From Cetorhinus maximus (lineage: Eukaryota): 64,000 nt of DNA. Below the pieces are notes generated by a model. It was not told the origin of the DNA. It did no database searches and was given only the letters and a program-made list of their open reading frames with translations. Numbering within the stretch: the stretch's first letter is position 1; each line of letters starts with the position of its first letter. Location of the stretch: assembly GCF_964194155.1 (NCBI RefSeq), contig NC_135901.1:13516001-13580000 (forward strand), read 5' to 3'. The translations under genes were made by a program, and so were the position numbers. This document shows positions 51,480 through 64,000 of the stretch, one piece after another.

Positions 51480-53270
51480 TTATTCATTCAAGGGATGTGG
51501 GCTTCGCTGGCTGGGCCATCATTTATTGCCCATCCCTAGTTGCTCTTCAGAAGGTGGTGGTGAGCTGCCTTCTTGAACCGCTGCACTTCATGTGAAGTAG
51601 GTACACCCACTGTGCTGTTAGGAAAGGAGTTCCAGGATCTTGAACCAGCGAAAGTGAAGGAACGGTGATATATTTCCAAGTCAGGATGGTGAGTGACTTG
51701 GAGGGGAACTTTCAACTGGTGGCGTTCCCATCTATCTGCTGCCCTTGTCCTTCTAGATGGTAGTGGTCGTGGGTTTGTAAGGTGCTGCCGAAGGACCCTT
51801 GGTGAATTCCTGCAGTGCATCTTGTAGATGGTACACACTGCTGCAACTGTGTGTTGGTGGTGGAGGGAGTGAATGTTTGTGGATGTGATGCCAATCAAGC
51901 AGGCTGCTTTGTCCTGGACAGTGTCAAGCTTCTTGAGTGTTGTGGGAGCTGCACTCATCTACGCAAGTGGGGAGTATTCCATCACACTCCTGACTTGTAC
52001 CTTTTAGATGGTGGACAGGCTTTGGGGAGTCGGGAGGTGAGTTACTCCTCGCATGATTCCTAGCCTCTGTCCTGCTATTGTAGCCATAGCATTTATATGG
52101 CTAGTCCAGTTAAGTTTCTGGTCAATGGTAACTCACAGAATGTTGATAGTGGGGGATTCAATGATGGCAATGCCGTTGAACATCAAGGGGAAATGGTTGG
52201 ATTGTCTCTTGTTGGAGATGGTCTCTACCTGGCACTTGTGTGACGTGAATGTTACTTGCCACTTGTCAGCCTAAGCCTGGATATTATCCAGGCCTTGTTG
52301 CATTTGGACATGGACTGCTTGAGTATCCGAAGAATCGCGGAACAATGTGCAAACATCAGCGAACATCCCTACTTCTGACCTTATGATGGAAGGAAGGTCC
52401 ATTGATGAAGTAGCTGAAGATTGTTGGGCTGAGGACACTACCTTAAGGAACTCCTGCAGTGATGTCCTGGAGCTGAGACGACTGACCTCCAACAACCACA
52501 ACCATCTTCCTTTGTGCTAGCTATGACTCCAACCAGCGGAGAGTTTTCCTTATGATTCCCATTGACTTCAGTTTTGCTAGGGCTCCTTGATGCTGCACTC
52601 GGTCAAATGCGGCCTTGATGTCAAGGGCAATCACTCTCACCTCACCATGGGAGTTCAGCTCTCTTGTCCATATTTGAACTAAGGCTGTAATGAGGTCAGG
52701 AGCTGAGTGACCCTGGTGGAACCCAAACTGGACGTCAATGAGTAGGCTATTGCCAAGCAAGTACCGCTTGATAGCAATGTCGATGACCCCTCCCCATTAC
52801 TTTACTGAAGATCGAGAGTAGGCTGATGGGGCAGTAATTGTCCGGGTTCGACTTGTCCTGCTTTTTGTGCACAGGACATACTGGAGCAATTTTCCACATA
52901 GCCGGGTAGATGCCAGTGGGTACTGGAGCAGCTTGGTAAGAGGCGTGGCAAGTTCTGGAGCATAAGTCTTCAGTACTATTGCCGGAATGTTGAGAGGGCC
53001 TATAGCCTTTGTAGTATCTCGTGCCTTGACATCATATGGAATGAATCGAATTGGCTGAAGGCTGGCATTTGTAATACTTGGGACCTCCGGAGGAAGCCGA
53101 GATGGATCATCCACTCAGCACTTCTGGCTGAAGATTGTAGCAAATGCTTCAGCCTAATCTATTGTACTGATGTTCTTGGCTCCTCCATCATTGAGGATGG
53201 AGATATTTGTGGAACCTCCTCCTCCAGTGAGTTGTTTAATTGTCCACCATCATTCACGACTGGATGTGGC
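51480..53270 (-). mobile_element. CR1-group LINE, 5'-truncated
   Basis: APELATPL, QFGFHQGHS, ALDIKAAFDRV, MFAD and AAVCTIYKMHC motifs, with the family tail near 51490. Confidence 0.85.
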
Positions 53271-54035
53271 ATTTTGGTAGGAAGAACATGGAGAGACAAT
53301 ATGAAATAAAGATACAATTGTTCAGGGGGTGCTGGAGCAGAGGGACTTGGGTGTATATGTGCATAAATCATTAAAGGTGGCAGGACAGGTGGAGAGAGCA
53401 GTTAATAAAGCATACAGTATCCTGGGCTTTATCAATAGGGGCATAGACTACAAGAGCAAGTAGGTTATGCTGAGCTTATATATGACATTATTTAGATCTC
53501 AGCTGAAGTACTGTGTACAGTTCTGGGCACCACAGGAAGGATGTGAACGTGTTGGAGAGAGTGAAGAAGAGGTTTACGAGAATGGTTCCAGGGATGAGAA
53601 ACTTCAGTTATGAAGATAGAGGTTGGGACTGCTCTCCTTGGAGAGGAGAAGGGTAAGAGGATATTTGATAGAGATGTTCAAAATCATGAGGGGGCTGGAT
53701 AGAATTGGTAGGGAGAAACTTTTCCCACTTGTAAAAGGATCAAGAATGAGAGGGCACAGATTTAAAGTGATTTGCAAAAGAAGCAAATGTAACGTGAGAA
53801 AAAACTTTTTCACACAGTGAGTGGTTCAAGTCTAGAATGCACTGCCTAGAAGTGTAGTGGAGGCAGGTTCAATTGAGGCATTCAAGAGGGCAGTAGATGA
53901 TTATTTTAATAGAAACAATGTGCAAGGGTGCAGGGAAAAGGCAGGAGAATGGTGCTCAGTCAATGCTTATTTAGAGAGCCCTGCAGACACGACGGCTGAA
54001 TGGCTTCCTTCTGCACCGTAACATTCTGTGATTAT
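53270..54035 (+). mobile_element. CR1 LINE 3' fragment
   Basis: RDLGVYVH, LKYCVQFWAP and RKNFFTQ, with tail ATTCTGTGATT. Confidence 0.8.
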
Positions 54036-54129
54036 GTTTCAGAAAGTTAGTGCATGGGTCCTCTGTCATAGTGCTCTCCTGGATGTGAATAACAGCATCG
54101 ATAACTCCCTATGGTCAAATGTGAGCCTA

Positions 54130-54425
54130 CTGATGTGTCACCAAGTAGCATACATGAATGAATCTTCTTCCACACACACATTTATACAACCTCTCACCAG
54201 CCGGAATGTACCCATTGTGCAACAAATCCTTTGAAAATTTAAATATGGAATGTTTACAGGTGGGAAAACTGAGTAAATCACTTCACACACATGAAGTATC
54301 TGAATGGTCTCCCTCTCACGTTACTGTGCTGGTGTGTCAGAAAGAAGGATGGCTCAGTGAATCCCTTTCCACATGCAGCTGGTGAACAGCCTTTCTGCAT
54401 TGTGAATGTATCCACGAGTTAACAG
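54130..54425 (-). pseudogene. Very degenerate ZNF remnant
   Basis: Residual finger-like words (FTSCM.WKG, ETIQ, CVK.FTQ) on the minus strand. Confidence 0.35.
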
Positions 54426-55113
54426 GGAATTGAATGTCACCCCAGTCAACAGTAACTACAGCATGTTGTATATAGCGCCTTAGCCACAGTAAAAAGTTCC
54501 AAATCCCTTCACAGCTGTGTTAACAATCCCCACACTAGTGGGTAGATTCCCCACACCTCTGTGCTTGTGTCTCCAATTTGGTTCCCAGAACAGTGCCATC
54601 ATTTCCATCCAAAAATTGAAATGCACCTATTTTGCCAAGGTAAGTGGTCAATTCAGTGATGTAACACCCCAGTGGTTGTAAGCAGCAGATCATCTGGCTC
54701 AGTATGAGATGTTCCTTGTTAGATGGGCTAGGAATGTAGTATAAACACAGCCTGACAGTTGCTTCATCAACTCCAAGTCACAGTCCACAGTTAAATGATC
54801 TGAGGGCCAAATGGACTCCTTTATCTCTCTCATTGCATATTGTTCGATAAGAATGAGATCACACCTAACTGATCATCTTTTATCAACTGGAGTAGGTCAT
54901 TCAGCCCTTCGAGCCTGCTCTGCTATTCAGTTAGACTCTGGCTGATCAATTCATCTCCTCAGAACTTGAGGGACAATTTCCTGAACAGTTAGCTCCAACC
55001 AGTTATAGGGGTTATGAACAGCAGCAGAAACAAATGCAAACTGTCCGAATGAACATGGTTCAGACCTGGATGTGATTAACAACTGCAATAACAAGAGAAT
55101 CCACCTCCAGAAG

Positions 55114-55566
55114 TTATTTGTGAACTCGTTGGTGTCTCATTAGGTTTTGTGACTGAGTGAATCTCTTCCCACACATGGAGCAGGTGAATGGCCTCTCCCC
55201 GGTGTGAACTCGCTGGTGTGTCAGAAGGTCAGATGAATTAGTGAACCCCTTCCCACACATGGAGCAGGTGAACGGCCTTTCCCCAGTGTGACCACGCTTG
55301 TGTTTCAGGAGGTGAGATGAACTGCTGATTCCCTTCATACACACAGAGCAGATGAATGGTCGCTCCCCAGTGTGAATTCGCTGGTGTGTGAGTAGGTTGA
55401 ATGATCGATTAAATCCCTTCCCACACATGGAGCAGGTGAACGGTCTCTCCCCAGTGTGACTGCTTTGATGACTTTCCAGCTGGGATGGAGATCTGAATGC
55501 CTTCTCACAGTCCACACACTTCCATGGTTTCTTGACCTTGTGATTCTCCAGGTTGGCCGATTCCAT
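55114..55566 (-). CDS. C2H2 zinc-finger protein, 5 fingers
   Basis: 150-aa open frame ..KPWKCVDC...HQRVHK*. Acceptor CTCCTTTGACAG at about 55594. Confidence 0.8.
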   Translation of the reverse strand: MESANLENHKVKKPWKCVDCEKAFRSPSQLESHQSSHTGERPFTCSMCGKGFNRSFNLLTHQRIHTGERPFICSVCMKGISSSSHLLKHKRGHTGERPFTCSMCGKGFTNSSDLLTHQRVHTGERPFTCSMCGKRFTQSQNLMRHQRVHK

Positions 55567-56473
55567 GTCAGTAGATCCTTCTTTTCAAATATCCTGTCAA
55601 AGGAGTTTACAAACATCAGCACTGTCAAGACAGGATAGAAATTCAGAACAGAAAATTCTATTTTCTATGGAGCATGTTTTCCTCACGTGTTCCTGCAAAG
55701 CAGTAAATCCTCATGCCACACACTTTCCCTGTCCCTTTACTGGAATCCAAACCCAGGGTTACCAACTGTTCAGTATTTTATGGGATTGTCCCTTATTTGA
55801 GTTAACTGTCCCAGGCTGCATAGTGCAAGGATGATGCTTGTCCCATAAATTGGACCTACATTGAACCTTATTCAAACTGTTCTGGCAGCCAAACCTCATC
55901 CCCACCCACCCTCACAGCTCTGGCAGCACCCCACTCAACAGCCTCCCTCAACACACACACATATGGACACCATGGCAGGCTGTCCCTTAATTATCTCTGT
56001 GAGAGTTGCTCACCCTGCCAAACCCATCACATCATTTCCACCATCCTTTGCTCTGCTCCCAGTTATCTCCCTCTACTCTGGCTGAGTTCAGTTCTCAAGC
56101 CCCTCCGTGCAGAGTGAGAACAGAATCAATGAATCAATCATTTTCTCTCCTGGTCACAGGAACCCTGAAGCCCCGCCCACTCTTTGTTGTTTCACCAAGA
56201 TGGCCGCACAAAGTTTTTAACTGCAAACGCGGGACCTGCAGGTTCTTATTGGGAGTTTGTTCTCCCAAAGCTGTAAATCCCCGTCCCACACACTCTCCCT
56301 CCTCCCTGGGCTGAAATCCAAACCCATCTCACCGTCTCCACCATTTCTTTCTTCCACTCCTAGTTTTCTCCCTCCCTCTCCTCTGCCTGGGTTCAGTTCT
56401 CCAGCTCCTGTCGGCAGACTGACAATAAAATCAATGAGTTTTATTGGGGGTTTGGGGCCTCCAGCGGGTGTTT

Positions 56474-58228
56474 TTTTTTGCAAAAATATACTTTATTCAC
56501 AAAATATCTTCAACAACATTTCAAACCATTTCAAAATCACCAAAACAAAAATACAATCAGGTTCAACTTTTACAACGTATCACGAAATGCATTGATACAA
56601 AAAATGAATATTACATTCATTTGCAGACATTCATTTTGAGCTGTACAGCCCGAGGGGATTTAAACAGTTCCCAGTCCCTCGGTGCACTGTGGCAGAAAGG
56701 TCTTAGACAGCGACCCTTCCCCATTGCGCCTTTGCGGCGGCTGCCCCAAGCTTTAGTGCATCCCTCAGCACATAGTGCTGGACTTTGGAATGTGCCAGTC
56801 TGACACACTCGGTCGGGGACAACTCTTTGCGCTGGGAGTCCAACAAGTTTCGGGCAGACCAAAGAGCGTCTTTCATCGAGTTGATGATCCTCCAGCAGCA
56901 GTTGATGTTTGTCTCGGTGTGTGTCCCTGGGAACAGCCCGTAGAGCACAGAGTCCTGTGCCACAGAACTGCTCCGGACAAACCTCGACAGAAGCCACTGC
57001 ATCTCTCTCCAGACCTTCTTTGCAAAGGCACAATCCACCAGGAGGTGAACAACGGTCTCTTCCCCACCACAGCCACCTCGAGGGCAACGTGCAGCGGGGG
57101 TGAGACTCCTGGCGTGTAGGAAGGATCTGACAGGGAGGGCCTTTCTCACCACCAGCCAAGCTATGTCTTGGTGCTTGTTGGAAAGCTCTGGTGATGAGGC
57201 ATTCTGCCAAATGACTTTGACAGTCTGCTCGGGGAACCATCCCACAGGATCCACCCTCTCCTTTTCCCTCAGGGCCTCTAAGACGTTACGTGCCGACCAC
57301 TGCCTGATGGACTTATGGTCAAAAGTGTTTCTCTGCATAAATTTTTCCACGAGAGACAGGTGGTACGGCACGGTCCAACTACTTGGAGCGTTCCGCGGCA
57401 GCGTGGCCAGACCCATCCTTCGCAACACCGGGGACAGGTAGAACCTCAGCACGTAGTGACACTTGGTGTTTGCGTACTGAGGGTCTACGCACCACTTGAT
57501 GCAGCCACACACAAAGGTGGCCATCGGTATGAGGGCGATGTTGGGCACGTTTTTTCCCCCTTTATCTAGAGGCTTGTACATTGTGTCCCTGCGGACACGA
57601 TCCATTTTCGACCTCAGATAAAGCGGAAGATGGCTCGGGTGATCGCCACCACGCAGGAGTGTGGAATGGGCCAGACCGGCGCCACGTACAGCAACAGCGA
57701 GAGTGCCTCACATCTGATGACCAGGTTCTTACCCACAATGGAGAGGGAGTGTCGCTCCCACATGCCCAGTTTCCTCTTCAGCATAGACACTCGCTCCTTC
57801 TAGTTTCTAATGTATGCTCTGGTCCCTCCGAACCATATCCCCAGCACCTTCAGGCCGTCAGCCCAGTTCTCAAAGAACATGGCCTCGCTCTTCCCACGAT
57901 TTATCTTGGCTCCCGAGGCCAGTTCGAACTGGTCGCAGAAGTGGATCAGTCTGCGCACTGATAGCGGATCTGAGCAGAAGACGGCGACGTCGTCCATGTA
58001 CAGGGAGGCTTTGACCTGAGTGCCTCCACTGCCTGGGATTGTCACTCCTCTTATGCCCGGATCCTTCCTGATGGACTCGGCAAAGGGTTCTATGCAACAC
58101 ACGAAAAGAACAGCCGAGAAAGGACAGCCCTGCCTGACTCGATTTAATCGGAAAGCTATCTGATTCCCACCCATTGACTGAGACTGCGCTACTGATGTTA
58201 GTGTAGAGCAGTTGGATCCAGGCCGTCG
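56474..58228 (-). mobile_element. Tx1 copy C, 5'-truncated, with poly(A) tail and about 22-bp TSD
   Basis: RT C-terminal half (VRQGCP, LYMDD) and zf-RVT CPRGGCGGEETVVHLLVDC. AATAAA and an A-run mark the 3' end. TTGGGGCCTCCAGCGGGTGTTT occurs at both 56452-56473 and 58229-58250. Confidence 0.93.
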
Positions 58229-58489
58229 TTGGGGCCTCCAGCGGGTGTTTCTGAATCCTCCCCGCCCACCTCCCAGGGTTTCCTTCCTTCCCACAGATCA
58301 GATCCTGATTGACTGGAGCCCAAAGTGTAACCTCTTATTTATTGTCCCCCCTCCCCCATCCTCTGATGTGAACCATCCTCCACTCGCTGACCCAGGATGG
58401 CGGCCGTTAACCTGGGCCTGTTCCCGGGAGGGAGAAGCCCCGCAGCTGCAAACCAGGACCTGATAATTATTCATAACGGTTACTCCAGC

Positions 58490-59350
58490 TCACTGTGCCG
58501 GGGAGTGATTGACGGGAGGGAATGACCAATGGGAAGAGGGGATGGAGCTGGAGGACAGAACGAGAACGGCTGGTCCTCCAATCGGAGTGAACGAGGGGCG
58601 GGGCTGAGCCCATAAATCCCTCATTGTCTCCGCAGGCTGCATATTGTCCCCGATAAAGGTGGCGGCCGTTAACCCGGCCCAGTGTCGGCTAATGGTCCGA
58701 GCAGCTGCAGCCGGTTCAAATATCGTACCCGAGCTTCGTATTCGAGGCTTGGGGCCCTCACAGGGTGTTTGTGAAGCCTCCCACCCAACTCGTCGGCTCC
58801 ATCCCTCCCCCATAACCCACCCGGCAGTATTTTACCGGCCGAGAATTTGGACACAAATCACCTCAGCTCTCTGTCCTCACCCGCACTGCGCATGCTCCAG
58901 CTCACAGAGCCCGCCTGATGGACGGCCTCTCTGGACCAATAGCAAGAGGAGGCGGGGCTGGATAACTAACTGTGCCTGGCCCGCCAACCAATCGGAATGA
59001 ATGAGGGGCGGGGCTGAGCCCGGATCTCCCTCATTGGCTGAAACTCTGCATCATTCTAAGCTGATTTGTCTCAAACTCCAGGAGAAAACTGGACCTTTCT
59101 GTTTGTGGCTTTAAACAGATGAAACCCTGTGGGTGTGAAGCAAACATTTCAACATTTGTTTCTGAAACAATAAAGGGAACATGATGAAACAATTCAAGGG
59201 CTGACTTGAAGGAATAACTGGGCGGACAGGGAATGTCACCATTAGGACAAGGAGAGTCCCTGGTTTCAATAAATGAACCGGCAGAAGAGTTAGGACAGGC
59301 TAGGGAGCAGGTTAATACTGTCATCATTCAGAACGACAAAGACTATAAAG
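58490..59350 (-). promoter_or_regulatory. Promoter duplicon (partly doubled) of the ZNF at 55114-55566
   Basis: CCAAT/GC clusters at 58520-58625 and 58930-59040, NRF1-like at 58887. Reverse-complement paralog of 41390-41900. Confidence 0.65.
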
Positions 59351-59353
59351 ACT

Positions 59354-59405
59354 ATACTTACCTGGCAGGGCAGAAACCTCGATCACAAATTCTGCCAGGG
59401 AAGGG
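59354..59405 (+). ncRNA. U1 snRNA-derived head of Tx1 copy B; not a complete gene
   Basis: ATACTTACCTGGCAGGG is identical to U1 nt 1-17, followed by CAGAAACCTCGATCACAAATTCTGCCAGGG, a stem-loop I-like sequence that keeps GATCAC. Confidence 0.88.
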
Positions 59406-59409
59406 TAAA

Positions 59410-61038
59410 ATGGCTATAACCAATCAAACCCCATATCATGGGGTACCTAACACTGTCCGAGTCACAGTGTAGGGTAGTGAAGAAGGAGGAGCAGCTATGG
59501 ACCGGGCTCTTTTCACTAGGAGGATCCTGCTGAAGGTGTGCAGCTTTGAGGCTGTGGATGTCTACTGCCTGCAAGATTTCCCCAGCGCTGGATACTTCGA
59601 CGTGACATTTCAGTGAGTGGCAGACTGCGTCAAGCTCCTGAAGGTTTTCAAGGAGAAGAGTGACCTGCCAGAGATGAAAATCCTGACAGCGGAGCCGCTC
59701 TTTGCTCTGCCTTTGCAACGGGACGATGTGGTGACGGTGCATCTATACAACCCCTTCGTCCCTGTCGCCGACGTGGTCACCTTCCTCACCAGGCACTTCG
59801 ATAAGGTGGGAAGCTGCACCACGGTTAGAGACGAGTTGGGGATCTGGACATGCAAACGCCAGGTGAAGGTCACGCTCAAGACCGACGGCAAAGGAGCCAT
59901 CTTCCACCCTCCATCCAGATTCGCTATCGGGGGAAGCTGTGGCTACCTTGTCTACGCTGGGCAACCCAAACTTTGTCGCTCATGCGGCAAGTCTGGTCAT
60001 GTGGCGGCCAACTGCAGCGCCGTCCTCTGCAAGAACTGCAAACAGGAAGGGCACCAGACCAAAGACTGCAAACAGGCTAAGTGCTGCAACCTGTGTGGCG
60101 AGGCAGATCACCTCTACAGGACCTGCCCCAAACGCTGCCGTACTTACGCACAGGCAGCCAAAGCCAACGAGGGGGAAGCAAAAGAAATGCTTCGTGTCAC
60201 TCCAACCACCAAGGCCCCCAGTGAGAGCATCGGGAACAAGGAAGACACAGAGAGAGACAAGGTGGAGGAAAAAAGTGAGGCAACAGATTTGCCTCTATCA
60301 ACAGCACTGCCCCCTGAATCTCCCACTCCTCAGGAGAGCGAATCAATGGAGAAGGAGGAGGCAGCAGTGGGAAAGCAGCAGGGGGAGTTGCAGCTGGTGA
60401 AAAGAGCCAAACGGAAGAAGGGGCTAAGAAGGAACCAAGCCATTTCCCAGACAAGTGGCAAGAGGTGTCTCCCATCCGACACAGATGACAAAGGAAGCAG
60501 CTCTTCGGACGAAGAAGGGCCAGGGTGGCACCCACAGAAGAAGCGGCAAAGCTCTAGGGAGTTGGAGGACGAGACGCCCGAGCTCCAGAACATTGGAGAC
60601 AAAGAAGAGACCAGCGCTCCCCAATTTTGTCCACAACCCGAAGAGGCCAGCGCACCCCAGCCCCAGGAATCTGGGAGCGGTGAGGTGCTCAGCACACCCC
60701 AGCTCTGGGAAGCCGGGAGCGATGAGGCGCTCAGCGCACCCCAGCCTCAGGAATCTGGGAGCGGTGAGGCGCTCAGCGCACCCCAGCTCCGGGAAGCCGG
60801 GAGCAGCAACGCCCCAGAGGGGGAGAGGATTGGAGAAGCTTCTCCAACAGAGGACAGTTCATATCCCGTTCTCTACACGAACCCCCAGATGCCACCTGAG
60901 CGGAACATCTCCAATGGGGAGTTTCAGGACCGTTTCCTCAGCCCGTCCAAAGTGAAGCAATTTGAGCTCACTACGGGTATGAAGGAGCAGACTGAAGGTC
61001 TGGGGCCCTCAGAGACAATTGGTTTGGTAAGAAAATAA
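59410..61038 (+). pseudogene. Tx1 ORF1 (three CCHC knuckles) with premature stops
   Basis: ATG at 59410 (MAITNQTPYHGVPNTVRVTV), TAG at 59470-59472, TGA at 59614-59616, then the 473-aa open remainder. Confidence 0.88.
60648..60815 (+). repeat. 42-bp (14-aa) coding tandem repeat in the ORF1 tail, about 4 units
   Basis: SAPQPQESGSGEVL / STPQLWEAGSDEAL / SAPQPQESGSGEAL / SAPQLREAGSSNA. Confidence 0.85.
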
Positions 61039-61048
61039 ACACTTTAAA

Positions 61049-64000
61049 ATGGGTGTAAAGATTGTATCCATAAATGTGCGAAGCATTAAATCTACTACGC
61101 GATGTGTTGCGACCTTGGACTACCTTGCCAAGGTTAAAGCTGACCTGTTGTTTCTGCAGGAGTGTGCGATACCACACCTCAGCTCCTACAGGCAATGGTC
61201 ACGATGGTGGTCCCATGGGCCATTGATCTGGTCGGGCGGAAACGACTCTCGTTCCTCCGGCCTGGGTATTCTGCTGCGGGGAGGCAACTTCACCGTCTCC
61301 GAGGTTAAGGAGGTGGTGGGCGGACGCCTCCTCGTAGCAGACGTAATGTACAAGAGTGCTCCACTCCGGTTAATTAATGTGTACGCCCCGTCACAAGGGG
61401 CCGAGCGGCTGGAGGTTTTTCAGCAGCTCCCACTGCTGCTGGTGACCTGCAGGCCGGTCATTCTGGGCGGTGACTTCAACTGCATCATCGATGCAGCTGG
61501 ACGATCCAGCAGTGTCGACAGCAGATTGGACGCTACGTCCAGATCCCTGATGGAAACAGTTAAGGATGCAAAGCTGCACGACATCTTCAGCAACCCTACA
61601 GACGGAGCGCAGCGTAGATACACCTGGTCGCGGCCAGACGGGTCCATTTGTTCCAGGATAGACTTCCTGTTTGTGTCCCGTGCATTCACAGTCAGATCCA
61701 CCGACGTCAAGCCGGTGTTTTTCTCTGACCACTGCCTCCTACTGGCGGACTGCCACTTAGAGAAGGACCTGAGGGTGGGCAGGGGGGCATGGAAGCTAAA
61801 TGTGCAACTGCTGACCCTAGAGAACATTGAGGAGCTCAAGAGGGATTACAAAGGTTGGAGAACCGTGAAACCCCTCTTTGAGTCCCTGACACACTGGTGG
61901 GAAGCGATCAAGGGAAACAACTAGAGGTTTTTCATCCTCAAAGGCACCCAGAAAGCTAGAAAGGAACAGAGGGAAATGTCTCGACTCCAGAAAAACATGC
62001 AGAATCTGCTCCGACTGCAGTCGATGGGGGTCGATGTCAAGGAGGAACTCCAAGAGGTGAAGAGCCAGAAAGCCATGCACTTTGCCTCGGAGGCCTCCAA
62101 GATCATCTTCCGTTCCAGAGTCCGCTCCTTGGAGCAGGATGAGACGTGCTCACGTTTCTTCTTCCAAAAGGTACACAGAGAGCGCTCTGTGATCAGCAGC
62201 CTGAAGGAAGAAGACGGCTCAGTAAAGTCATCACAGTCCGGCATTTTGAGGATCAGCAAATCCTTTTATGCCGGATTGGATGACGTGAAGCCCACAGACA
62301 GCACGGCCTCCCAGTCCTTCCTGTCCTCTATCACGGAGGTCTTAGATGACAGTACACAGGAGAGCCTGGACAAAACGCTAACTCCTGATGAACTGACTAA
62401 GGCCCTTGAGTCCTTCGAGAAGAGTAAAACTCCCGGAAGCGATGGCTTGCCGGTGGAATTGTATTCGGCTCTGTGGGACTGGATCGGTCCAGACCTGCTA
62501 GAAGTGTACCAGAGTATGCTCCTGGCCGGCAGTATGTCAGAATCCATGAGGCAAGGCATTATCACCCTCATCTACAAACACAAGGGGGGAAGGGAGGAAA
62601 TTAGAAATTGGCGACCTATTTCACTGTTGAATGTGGACTATAAGATTCTGTCCAAGGTCATCGCCAATCGGGTCAAATCCGCTCTGGAATTGGTGATCCA
62701 CCCTGACCAGACCTGCACTGTGACGAGCAGGAAGATCTCTGACAGCCTCGCGCTGCTCAGGGATACGATTGCCTATGTACAGGACAGGGGTGTGGATATC
62801 TGCCTCATCAGCTTGGATCAGGAGAAGGCCTTTGACAGAATATCGCACACCTACATGGTGGATGTGCTCTCCAAAATGAGGTTTGGGGAGGGAATTCGAA
62901 ATTGGATCCAACTGCTCTACACTAACATCAGTAGCGCAGTCTCAGTGGGAAACAGATAGCTTTCCGATTAAATCTGGAGTCAGGCAGGGCTGTCCTCTCT
63001 TGCCTGTTCCTTTCGTGTGTTGCGTAGAACCCTTTGCTGAGTCCATCAGGAAGGATCCGGGCATAAGAGGAGTGACGATCCCAGGCAGTGGAGGCACTCA
63101 GGTCAAAGCCTCCCTGTACATGGATGATGTCGTCGTCTTCTGCTCGGATCCGCTGTCGGTGCACAGACTGATCCACATCTGCGACCAGTTCGGAATGGCC
63201 TCGGGAGCCAAGGTAAACCGTGGGAAGAACGAGGCCATGTTCTTTGGGAACTGGGCTGACCGATCCTTTGTCCCCTTCACTGTCAGGGCTGACGGCCTGA
63301 AAGTGCTGGGGATATGGTTCGGAGGGACCAGGGCATGCGTTAGAAACTGGAGGGAGTGAGTGTCTATGGTGAAAAGGAAACTGGGCATGTGAGAGCGACG
63401 CTCCCTCTCCATTGCAGGTAAGAACCTGGTCATCAGGTGTGAGGCACTCTCGCTGTTGCTGTACGTGGCACAGGTCTGGCCCATTCCACACTCCTGCGTG
63501 GTGGCGATCACCCGAGCTATCTTCCGCTTTATCTGGAGGTCGAAAATGGATCGGGTCCGCAGGGACACGATGTACAAGCCTCTAGATAAAAGGGGAAAAG
63601 ACGTGCCCAACATCGCCCTCATACTGATGGCACCTTTGTGTGCGGCTGCATCAAGCGGTGTGTAGACCCTCAGTATGCAAACACCAAGTGTCACTACGTG
63701 CTGAGGTTCTACCTGTCCCCGGTGTTGCGAAGGATGGGTCTGGCCACGCTGCCACGGAACGCTCCAAGTAGTTGGACCGTGCCGTACCACCTGTCCCTCG
63801 TGGAAAAATTTATGCATAAAAACACCTTTGACCACAAGTCCATCAGGCAGTGGTCAGCACGTAACGTCTTAGAGGCCCTGTGGGAAAAGGAGAGGGTGGA
63901 TCCTGTGGGATGGTTCCCCGAGCAGACTGTCAAAGTCATTTGGCAGAATGCCTCATTACCAGAACTTTCCAACAAGCACCAAGACATAGCTTGGCTGGTG
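61049..64000 (+). pseudogene. Tx1 ORF2 (APE-RT), disrupted
   Basis: Pieces 61049-61924 (APE), 61976-62959 and 62883-63359 (GVRQGCP, LYMDD), with frameshifts near 61920, 62945 and 63630. Confidence 0.9.

Larger units (their letters stand above)
59354..64000 (+). mobile_element. Tx1-clade retrotransposon, copy B (5' end present, inactivated, runs off the window)
   Basis: ORF1 and ORF2 are collinear with copies A and C and carry multiple stops and frameshifts. Confidence 0.93.

Noticed and set aside
59354-59520. A functional U1 snRNA gene
   Set aside because: Similarity ends by about nt 50. There is no stem-loop II-IV or Sm site, and the upstream sequence is a ZNF promoter duplicon.

Overview
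Vertebrate genomic DNA, most likely a cartilaginous fish (shark-type CR1, SINE and Penelope repeats and 'MEKPWKC' C2H2 genes; inferred, not searched). The window is a cluster of KRAB-less C2H2 zinc-finger genes: five open, three or more decayed, each behind a duplicated CpG-rich promoter and leader module. It also holds two convergent TCR alpha/delta-like V pseudogenes with 23-RSS, a tRNA-Glu pseudogene and dense CR1, L2, Penelope and LTR debris. There are three copies of one Tx1-clade LINE family. The main observation is that the two copies retaining 5' ends start with different spliceosomal snRNA-derived heads: U1 from nt 1 in the copy at 59354, and a U2 piece stacked on U1 pieces in the copy ending at 3460. 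Paralogous empty sites in this window suggest the heads belong to the elements, not to targeted snRNA genes. In the apparently intact copy, the U1-derived AUG replaces the lost ORF1 start codon. Boundaries of degraded repeats are approximate and all alignments were done by eye.
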